Part shown: one piece after another, positions 1-9,470 of the stretch
How the letters are laid out: every line of letters begins with the position of its first letter
How positions within the stretch are numbered: the stretch's first letter is position 1
Source: Azolla caroliniana
Lineage: Eukaryota > Plantae > Polypodiophyta
DNA: 64,000 nucleotides
NCBI GenBank assembly: GCA_043228905.1
Contig: JBHGNT010000016.1
Coordinates: forward strand, 9,796,001-9,860,000
Reading direction: 5' to 3'
Translations under genes and position numbers: made by a program
Notes under the pieces: generated by a model
Seen by the model: the letters and a program-made list of their open reading frames with translations, nothing else
The model's database searches: none
Told to the model about the DNA's origin: nothing

Positions 1-495
1 GACCGTGATGAGGAATTAGACGAAGAATTCAATTTCGAACCGGCTGAAGAAGCCGAAGAAAGGAGCAGGGGCCGCAATCGTAGGGAAGAGCCGATGATAG
101 CCAAATCAGGGGGAAATATAGTCAAGAAGGGTACAAAGGCCAAGACCAAGACGTGGTTTGATGTAGTCAAAGGCCTGAAAACTGAAGACGAATTGGAGAC
201 AACCAATTCGGATGAGAGTAGAATTGAATCGAAAGTGTTTGATTCAATCGGAATGTTTGATTTGGACACGCCGAATCAACTAAAGGCCATGCAGAAAAAA
301 GGGCAACGAAGGACGCACCGACACCGTGGCAGCAAGGGAGCTAAGAAGGGCCGAACAAGTAGACAAGCCGACCGTAAGGGTTGAAGCGCACGGAATCAAA
401 CGGGTCAAGGAGCGCGAGCAAGGCGTGAAGCCAGAAGGAACCGAAGCGTAGATCCGGAGGAGTGGACGGAACTTCAAGTTGAGCTTGAGGGGGAG
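1..495 (+). mobile_element. 3' internal end of a Ty1/copia element (family A): charged ORF extension plus PPT
   Basis: E/K/R-rich reading frame resembling the post-RNaseH extension at 39740-39960. PPT GAGGGGGAG at 487-495 directly precedes TGTTGAG. Confidence 0.7.
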
Positions 496-878
496 TGTTG
501 AGAGACAAGCTCAACATTCAGTGCATAATCGGGTGCGTAAACTGGGTGAGTAAAACTGTGCGTACAATAGGCCGTAGTGGTGCGTAAACCTCGAGGCCGT
601 TAGAAAGATATTCCTCGAAAGGAATAGTTTTGGGAGTGAGTGTAGCGTCTCATTTATGAGCATCAAGTATTGTCAGTACTTGTGTCAGCCCGATTGTTAG
701 GGTTTTTATAAAAGGCGCTCATTGAGCACGATGTACAAAATACAGAGAGTGTCATAATTTTTGAAATTGAACTAAGTTGTCTGCTCTGCCTCTCCATCTC
801 CATCTCTGTGTTTTCTGAGTTCTCTGAATTGTGTACTCTGTGTTTCACATACGCTTCCGCACAACGTATTCTTTTACA
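496..878 (+). repeat. 3' LTR of copia family A
   Basis: Starts TGTTGAGAGACAAGCTCAACA, has TATAAAA near 707 and ends TTTTACA. Related copies at 40450-40906 and 45594-46038 end the same way and are followed by a Met PBS. Confidence 0.85.
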
Positions 879-1341
879 ACGTGGAAAACCCCAAATGGGA
901 AAAAACCACGGGAGTCCCCAAACTCCAACTCTCACTACGCAAGGAGAATACAGCAGGGGAACACAGAGACAACGACCTCGTGCTCACAATCTTCGCCTGG
1001 CGGCAGTTACAACAAAGACTCTCTCTCTCTCTCTCTCTCTCTCGTTCCTCTGCTACACTCTGTACAACAATTACACCAATAACTCTATACAAAATAATGA
1101 CGTATATACTTACACTGTTTGCCCTAGGTCATATTTATACTAATATGACTTTCGGGCTATTTAAAAATATAGCCCCAATGGGCTAACAGAAACATATTTA
1201 CATATATGTCCCTTGATCCGGTGAGAGGTTCTCACTGGGCCTGCATCATCCGGTTCTCACCGGGTCTTCCTTGTCGGGCCTTCATCATCCGGTTCTCACC
1301 GGGCCTTCATCATCCCATCCGGAGGGACCGAAATCCTAACA
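879..1341 (-). repeat. LTR family B, interrupted by the copia A insertion
   Basis: Reverse complement matches 9597-10195 (TGTTAGGA...TCCCTCCGGATGGGA start; AGTCATATTAGTATAAATATGAC; GGGTTTTCCACGT). Confidence 0.85.
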
Positions 1342-1829
1342 AAGACATGCATACAATTTATGAAAGGCAATGCATGATTGCCATTTGGCTCTCATGCATG
1401 ACATGTGATGCATGATAACCACGTCACTCATTCAAGCTCTCATGTATGAGAATTTACATGTGAAAAATATAATGATGAAAATATAGTTTTAAGAAAACAA
1501 CTTAACGTAGTGGTAAGTCAATTGTCTCCTATCTTGGAGGTGCAATGTTTAAAACGTTACTTGCACCCCTCAATATGCACAAAATGCCATAGGCCCTAGG
1601 TTTATTTTCAAGTATTTTGTGTAATGTTCGCACAGCACACGTGTACATGTTTATCCATAAATCTAGCCTTTCTTTTCCTGATTCTCATGTCATTCATATT
1701 TACAACATGCTAACGCACACATGTAAGGTGCACATTGCACCTTCTCGATTTAGTTTGTTCCACACGATTTTCGCACCATTGCCAAAATTTGCACGACAGC
1801 AGCCACAGTAATGGATACATTTCCACTAC

Positions 1830-2371
1830 CATTAAATATATAGCTTCTTGGATGGGTTCAACGGCTACAACCAGATTCACATGCATCCGGATGATTAGGA
1901 GAAGACAACATTTGTTACTGAATGGGGGGGGGGGGGGGGGGTCTTTGTCGTTGTAGTAATAATGTTCGAATTGAAGAGCGCCTTGACGTCATTTCAGTGT
2001 ATCATTATGGAAATCTTTGGTGAATATATCCCAACATTCATGCAGGTGTTTTTAGACAATTTCATAGTCTACAGCCGGACAGCGGAGCACTTGGCTCACC
2101 TCCGGATGTGTTTGGAGAAATGCGGTAACACGTGCTTAAGCTTGAATCCGGCAACATGTTCTTTCGAAGTAGCAAGCAGTGCCCTATTGGGTTATATCAT
2201 CAGTAAGGAAGGAATTGTCGTAGACCCAAACAAAGTAAAAGTTATTCTCGTAGCACTAGCACCTGCAAACGCAAAGGCATTAAGCTAACTTCTTGGCCAG
2301 ATTTGGTGGCGGAGTCGAATGCTCTAATATCTAGTAGATTTTGCCACACCATTACATATTGTGGTGCATTG
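1830..2371 (+). pseudogene. pol: Ty3/gypsy non-chromovirus (Athila/Tat-like) reverse transcriptase fragment
   Basis: Translates to FLDGFNGYNQIHMHPDD*EKTTFVTEWG...FMQVFLDNF with stops and frameshifts. Continues in frame after 8004. Confidence 0.9.
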
Positions 2372-2803
2372 TGTTAACTCTTAGGGCCGGACAATGGCCT
2401 AACACAGGGTGTCTACGGAAGACACTTCACCAAAGGGTGTTATGGCAACAGGATTAGACTCAACGATTAATCCGACTTAATTAAGTTACTTAACATGATC
2501 GTCTTTCATAATCACACGGGTAAGATATAACAATTAAGGTAGAACGGCAATTAACACAGAGAGATAACAACACTAAGCTTTATTAATTAACCGCTATTCA
2601 TTACATTGTATCCGGGCCTTTAAATAGGTTTCTGGTCTGTATTACAAAACGGTGCCATCCGCACCTGTTCGGGATCGGTCCGGATCCGGAACGGCATACC
2701 GATTCCAGTCCGTCCGTCCACACTCATAGCTTACTTACAACCATTCCTACTAATTAAGTAACTCCCCGTTTCACACTCTGGACTCCTTTGCCGGCTGGTA
2801 ACA
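2372..2803 (-). repeat. LTR family E (3' LTR of a minus-strand element)
   Basis: TGTTA...TAACA termini. TATA-like CCTATTTAAAGG on the minus strand (about 2617-2628). Lies downstream of the minus-strand ORF 2960-4956. Left TSD CATTG at 2367-2371. Confidence 0.8.
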
Positions 2804-2805
2804 CA

Positions 2806-2847
2806 TGGCACGCCCGTGGGACAGTACCTTGTACGTCGAATCCACAA
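2806..2847 (-). other. tRNA-Arg 3'-half-like motif at the PPT position (family E)
   Basis: Minus strand reads TTGTGGATTCGAC-GTACAAGGTAC-TGTCCCACGGGCGTGCCA, then 2 nt, then TGTTACC. Confidence 0.8.
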
Positions 2848-2959
2848 CCGACCCTCGCTATTCTTCGTCCAAAATATCCAGAATTCTTTGTTCGAGAGTC
2901 TCCAATGGTTCATCTGGAATTGGTTGTTGTTGTTGTTGTTGTTGCTCTGTTGATGTCTG

Positions 2960-4956
2960 CTACGACGAGTCCGTTGATGGCTGCTGCGGCTGCTCCTCCG
3001 TTTGTTGCTCTGACACCGGCGTCTCCGTCGTTGCTCCCTTCATCGTAGTGGTCTCCGGTTGACTGGTTCTGGGCTGGCCCTCAGCCGGCGACGGTTCCTC
3101 ATCACTAAGGTTAACCGTTGCCGCTTCTTGTGCTTTTTCTTCCCGAACCCGGGACCGCTCGTAGCTTTCAAACTGGATTTGAGCGTCCAGCCTATCATCG
3201 TCTAGCTGGGCTACGAGTTGCCTGACCTGCGCCAGTTGTTCATCCGCCAGGACTTGGAAGTCGTCGGCCAGCTCGTCCCGTATGGCAGTGAATTCCTCGG
3301 AAGTCAACGTATAGCAATTGGAGTTCCGCCGCGTTTTGTGCCCACTTTGTCCACCATCTTACGGAGCTTTCGTCAATCAAGTGTTTTGTTTGATTTAGCC
3401 ATGCCCAAAGGATGGACTGAATCCGGCCCGTTCCCAATTGCGATTTGGTTTCTGCCGCTTGCCGTTCCTCCTTCAGTTGCTTGATGATTTTGACGTTGTC
3501 TTCCGCCTGCTCCTTGTAATGCGTCAATTGCCTTTGATATGTGCTTTGTAATTTCTGCAATACCGTTGACGCTCTCTCCTTTTCTTCCTACTGCTGCCTC
3601 TAGAGATCCATCCGGACCTTCTCCGTCTCGTCCAAGCGTCTTGTATTTTCCGCACGTTCGTCGGCGATCGCCGTCACGGCCCGATCAACTTCCTGTTGGA
3701 GCTCGGCCATCCGTTCCTTATGCTCCGTTTCCAGCCGTTTGTAGTCCCGGTGTAGGTGCTCAAAATCATCTATCTTTTGCTTGAGCCGTGCGTTGATCTG
3801 TCGACGGGCCCGGTCCTCGCGGTCCTTCTGCTGGCGGAGCTCTTCCTTTAGCCGTTCAATTTCCGTTTCCGCCGTCTTCCGCAGCTTGTCCTTTTCCTGC
3901 AACACTTTATCTTTTTCCTCCCTTAGCCGGTCGTACGCTTGATGACCTTTCCGGAGGCTCTCCTCTGCCCGGCGGAGGTTCTCAGCAGTCTTCTTTAATT
4001 CGGCTTCGGCCGCTGTCTTCAATTCCCGTTCACGGCTCCTTAGCGCTTCTTGTGCGGCAAGTTCATCTCTCAATTCCGCAAGCTCCTGGGCTTGCGCCGC
4101 ATCTCTCGCCGGAACGGTTTCCGTTGCCGGGGTCTTATTGGTATGTACAGGTCGATCCGTTTCTTTATTCTGTACACTTACCGGAGTCACCGGTGATTGG
4201 ATCTGTGTTGCCGTTAAGGCCATTTTGGCCATCTCTGTCGTGACCTGATCAAGTCATTTTCAAGGCACCGGATTCTGGACCGGGCCGTCTCTATTTGTTC
4301 GGTTGTGACGAGCAACCGTTCGCTTTGCGCTCTTTCTTCCGCCTCAATATACCCCACTGCTCCGGCAATCTGTTCGCCTATCCACCGGAGCCACAGGCTA
4401 CCGGTGCATTGTTGTGCTTGCACGGAGGTTTGACAGATTGGCTCACTTGTAGATGGGTGGTCCCGCTTGGTTGCACCGAGTTGCAATTCCGTTTCTGCCC
4501 GTGGACGATCTCGATCGCCGCACACAACCCGTCTGCGATCAATACCGGCCAATCCACCTTGATCCCTTCATAGGTGGCGATGATCATCCCTGCCTGGTTC
4601 TGCGGCATGACAGGGGGTCTAGGGTACACATGGCCGTATTCGTGGAGCACACGAGCAATCTCGCGGAATAACATATCTCCGCCGCCCTGTGTCCGGTAGC
4701 CCTTGCTGGCTAGGGAGTACTCACCAAAATACCTGATGAGTTGCTCCGGGATCGGATTGTCAATCGTAAGTATGCCTCCCTCTGGAAGGCCTGTTAACGC
4801 GCGAATTGCCTCCGCCGTTATGACCTCTGTGTCGATTTCTTTGATCACCTTGTCGGCTTCTTTGTGTGGCGGTACTTCCATCATCATCAAGAAGCCCTCG
4901 AGCCCGTGTTGCTTTAGCCATGTCTTGGCGGCTTCCGACAGCGTTTGCGGGTCCAT
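2960..4956 (-). pseudogene. Accessory 3' ORF of the non-chromovirus: conserved N-terminal domain plus long coiled coil
   Basis: MDPQTLSEAAKTWLKQHGLEGFL...ITAEAIRALTGLPEGG...YFGEYS...AGMIIATYEGIKVDW, followed by E/K/R-rich heptad ORFs (3600-4232, 3240-3560, 2960-3307). Homologues at 9470-12420, 23400-24249 and 31259-31361. Confidence 0.8.
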
Positions 4957-6670
4957 GTCTGTGTCGAGGTCGGATTGCGGTGGCGAGGTTGGATGGTGAT
5001 GAGAGTGAGATTGAGAGAGAGAGAGTTCAGAAGGCGGGGGTTCTCTATGCGTAGGTTCTTGTCTGATGATCTTGCAGCGCCTTGGTGCTTCTGTGCTCCT
5101 GGGTTCGCGAAAGTAAAGGGTCTCCACGCGCAGTGGTTTTTCTCTGTGCATTCTGGCGCCTTTTTCGAGTGTGTGCACGTCGTGTACTAAAATAGCATTA
5201 TGTCCTGTGGTGGCGCTTTAAATGCCCACTACGTACCTTTTCGCTCCTCGCTCTTTCATCCATTTATTCCTCGCTTTTGCATGATTACTTCATTTTTTTT
5301 TAATTTTTTTTTTTGATTATTATTATTATTATTATTATTATTAGTGTGACGTTACTTGTCCGTTGGTCCTCTCGGACCCTTACCGGCCTCATTCTCCCTC
5401 CACATGCACACGTGTGTGCATGTGTTCACATACATATCGACTCACAATTACATTTATGTTCCCTACACATATACAACATCATCATGATAATATTCGACCC
5501 TCGCTCATCACACTTGAGCGACCACTAAGGAGACCCCCCGTTGGAGACGTAGTCGAAGACTAATACATGGCAGAGATAGCAACGACGAAATGTGCGATAA
5601 TGGTGACGATGATGTGCGAGAAATCGAATTTATGATGAGTAGGAAATCGAATCACTAATGTGCAAGAAATGGCGACCACAATGTGTTGGAAATGGCCATG
5701 ATAACAAAAAAAAAAGAAACAATCATAGCGACAACCGGAATGACAGAGATAGACAACAATGATGGCCGGACTGAAGACGAGTGGGACGACAACTAGACAG
5801 CCGGAAAGACATGGCCGTTCGTGCTGAACAACAACGGAGATGACCGGGGACGATGGCCGGGATGAACGAAGACAGTCGAACAAGGTGGACAGTGACAGAT
5901 ATGCGAAGCGACAAAGACCGTTGAAGAACGACTTGATGGTCGGAAACGGCCGAACGGATGGACAGAAGAATGAACGAAGGATTGGAAAGATATGGTCAGA
6001 GAGGGACAGCCAGACCGACCGATAGACAGCAACCAAGAACAGTCGGCGGTCGGAGACCGGTCAAAAAGCGGATAGAGACGGTTGGAAAAACATGAAAGAC
6101 AGAAAAGACGCGGTCGGACGGGCCAATCGGTCGGCACGGTGACGGAGCCGGGACGACGATTGGACGACGGTGGCCACATACCAACAGCCAAGAAGTGGCC
6201 GGAGTGGTCGGACAGCATCCAGAACGGCCGGATAGCAACGGGGGCTCGACAACCAACGACAGGAACAATGATGACGCCAAAAGAAGACGGGAGAGACACT
6301 GGCCGAAGATGGAGTCGGCTGGATAGAGGCCGAACAGTGGAAAGCTCGAGAAAAGCATCGGTGATGGAGCGGAAGACGACCGAAATGGCTAGAGATGGGT
6401 GCAGCCGGACAAAAGCTGAACAGACTGCCGAAAAACCGGCCAGAACGGACCGGACGACGATCGGAACGGGCCGGATCGATGGCCAGAACGGCGATACCGA
6501 CAGAGACTAACGAGAGGCCGGAAAAGTGCCGACCAGAGAGCGGTTGGAGTGGCCGAAGCGACGGACGACGACAGACAGAGACGACGCCGGAGACGGAGAC
6601 GAAAAAGAAAACATACAGAACATCAGAAGGTGAGACAGCTAGAAGGGCCGGACAGAGATCGACAACAATG

Positions 6671-6833
6671 ACAAACAACAGAGAAAGATGGAAGACGCGA
6701 CAGATATAGACAGACAGGTGTTGGTTACGACAAACAACAGAGAAAGATGGAAGACGCGACAGATATAGACAGACAGGTGTTGGTTACGACAAACAACAGA
6801 GAAAGATGGAAGACGCGACAGATATAGACAGAC
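6671..6833 (+). repeat. 59-bp tandem repeat, about 2.8 copies
   Basis: ACAAACAACAGAGAAAGATGGAAGACGCGACAGATATAGACAGAC recurs at 6671, 6730 and 6789. Confidence 0.95.
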
Positions 6834-7453
6834 GGCCAATGATGACAACCAAAATAGCCAAAACAGAGGAAGGAAGAGAGAAGAAGGGAAGATTTCCAGA
6901 AGAAATCGAACAAGAAGAGATCGCAGAGAAGAAAGAAGAGGAATGAGAAGCAACAATGGAAGAACAGAATAAAACAAGAAAAAGAGAGAAGAGAAAGAGA
7001 GGAGAAGAAGAGGAGGAGGAGGAGGAAGGAGAAGCACCAGTTCGAAGCAACTAAAGAAAAACAGAAGATAACAACAAGAAGGAAAAAAGAAACATAGGGG
7101 CATGTGAAGAATTTCGGAAACATGAGGGTAGACTAACAAATTTCATAAATGTAAGGGTACATACTTAAAAATTTTAAAAATCAAACGGTACCTACGAAAT
7201 TTCGAAAACTCATCAACCTAAACGAAATGGATGCGATTGACACACAACCCACAAAATCAACAAAAGGAAGATACACATACACAGAACGTTTTTGGACCCA
7301 TGATATCAATGTTTGTGAACCGACAGAACAAGCATGTTCGTGTCGATGAAGATTCGCTGACCGACGGAGATGTTCAAGTCAAGTACTCCGATCGAGGGAG
7401 TCGATCGTTGAGAGGACCGATGTAAATTTCGGTCGAAGAAAGATTATGATCAA

Positions 7454-7498
7454 GGCATGTGGGATCAACGTGCAAGGCACTCTCCCACGGGCGTGCCA
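7454..7498 (+). other. tRNA-Arg 3'-half-like motif at the PPT position (family C)
   Basis: GGCATGTGGGATCAAC-GTGCAAGGCAC-TCTCCCACGGGCGTGCCA, 5 nt before the LTR start TGTTACC. Confidence 0.85.
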
Positions 7499-7503
7499 TA
7501 TTG

Positions 7504-7999
7504 TGTTACCGTACGAGATGTACGGGTGATTGATGAGTGTGATAAGTGAGGGTGAAAGATGTAATGTATGTGTAATGTTATACGATTATGAGTGTGAATG
7601 TAAGTGTGAGTGTGGTGGATACAAAGAGGTGTGAGTGAGTGATTAGGTGTGAATGCCCAAGGGGACTTGCACTCTTGTGTATCTACCCTTTTGTAACTAT
7701 TTAACCCCCCTTATGGGGATTCCGCATGAAGGAAGACAAGGATCATTTCTCTCTCTATCTCTCTTTTGTCATTTCTCTCTCTCTCTCTCTTCCCTTACGT
7801 TGAACCCCCTTGGGAGGGGGGTGGAGCCATTCTAGGCACCACCCCCCACCCCGTAATGCTTCTCAATCACTTGTCAACATCGTCATGATCTCTCTCACCA
7901 TCATACTCTTCATCATCTTTGCTATTTCACCATGTCTATCTTCGTCATCGTTAACCATCATCATCCTTAACCCTAACCCTAACTCTAAAACCTACAACA
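7504..7999 (+). repeat. LTR family C with telomere-like repeats near the 3' end
   Basis: TGTTACC...TACAACA termini, TATTTAACC, a (CT)n tract and CCCTAA repeats at 7968-7995. Right TSD CATTG at 8000-8004. Confidence 0.88.
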
Positions 8000-8004
8000 C
8001 ATTG

Positions 8005-9470
8005 GATACCATTCCAATGGATGGAGCATAAGGAAAAGGTGTACCAAGCCTTAAAAGTGATGCTATCCTAGGCTCCATTAGCATAACCGCCAAGTTGGAC
8101 AAGAGACATTCACGTTTTTGTAGATGCATTGGATATTGCAATTGGCAACGTACTAATGCAACTTACAGAGCCAAACTGGTACTAGACAGTATACTATGCA
8201 AGCCAAAAACTCTTTAAGGCAGAGCGGAACTATTTGACTACGGAACGGGAAGCATTGGGAATGAATATACAACGTTACAAAATATAGGCACTATCTATTG
8301 GGACGGAAATTCTCATTCCCTGTAGATCATTGGACTCTACTACTAGAGGAGTTTAAGTTCGATATTTATCATCAACCTAGCGTCTAGCACGCTGTGGTAG
8401 ATTACTTCAAACAGATGGACTTCGGAGAAATAGGTGACGGACTACAGGACAAGTTTCAGGACGCTCAATCATTTCAAGTCATAGCTGGCGAATCAGCAAC
8501 CGGGGCAGTACAATGTGAAGAAAAATTGATCATAGACATGCAGTAGTTCTTAAGTACCGGCCTACCACCCGAAGAGATGAGTCAGGAGGAGCGGAAGCGG
8601 CTGACGGTTCGGAGCTGACACTTTTGTATCATACAAGACATGTTGTATCACAAAGGAGGGGATGCATTACGAAGACGAGCGGTCCGAAGCGATGAGAAGG
8701 ATGCGGTATTACGGGAAGCTCATTGCGGAGTAGCCAACGGACACTATGCTGGAGAGGCAACAACCAGGAAGATTTGGAGGAGCGGCTTGTGGTGGCCAAA
8801 TACCCTGAAAGATTCAATCCGGTATTGCCACAAATATGACTTGTGTCAAAGAATGGGTCAACCCACAAGTCGGTGCTGCCACTGGAGCCATTCTAGAAAT
8901 GGGAATTAGATTTCGTCGGGCCTTTTAAGTTGGCGGTAGCACGTACCAGAAATAGGTATATCATAGTTGCCATGGATTACTCCACCAAATGGGTGGAAGG
9001 TAAGGCACTACGCAATAACACAACAACGTTGACCATGAAATTTCTGTATGAAACATCTGGTGTCGGTTCGGATGTCCGATTGAATTAATCAATGATCATG
9101 GAGGGAACTTCATTGGCTAGGTATTAGAGAGCTTGATGCTTTTTTACGTCGTCGTACATAAAAGAAGCACCCATACTACTCGCAGGCTAACGGACTAGCC
9201 GAATCAACAGACAAGATGCTCTAGAAAATATTGTGAACGAGAACCGGACAAATTAGGACACAAAGTTACAAAGTGCGTTGTGGGTGTACCGAACCAGTTA
9301 CAAGACAAGAATCTGATCGACACCATTCCGGCGGGCTTTCGGATTGGAAGCGGTGATGCCGATGGAATTCGACATTCCGAGTTTATGCGTGCAGGTACGA
9401 GAACAACTGAGTGAACAAGAGTCGGAACGGATGCAGTTGGAGAAATTGCTTGAACTCGAAGACATCAGAT
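8005..9470 (+). pseudogene. pol: Non-chromovirus RT connection, RNase H and integrase (degenerate)
   Basis: Motifs HVFVDALDIAIG, AERNYLTTEREALG, EAHCG...GHYAG...C..YD.CQ, LDFVGPF and PQANGLAES-like. Confidence 0.9.

Larger units (their letters stand above)
5515..7999 (+). mobile_element. Non-autonomous LTR element, family C, 5' LTR missing
   Basis: PBS remnant GCGACCACTAAGGAGAC, then about 1.9 kb of purine-rich non-coding sequence, a tRNA-like motif at 7454-7498 and an LTR at 7504-7999. Homologous to 26660-28781. Confidence 0.8.

Noticed and set aside
1924-1941. Poly-G run or G-quadruplex
   Set aside because: It is a homopolymer expansion of the RT W-G codons in a dead copy, possibly a sequencing error.
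5560-7139. Long ORFs on both strands in GA-rich regions (also 12892-13985, 26601-27948, 43288-44009)
   Set aside because: These are low-complexity by-products of strand bias and are not conserved as protein between copies.
7454-7498. HDV-like ribozyme or true tRNA gene reading of the motif
   Set aside because: P2/P4 cannot be formed. There is no D arm, anticodon arm or 5' acceptor strand.
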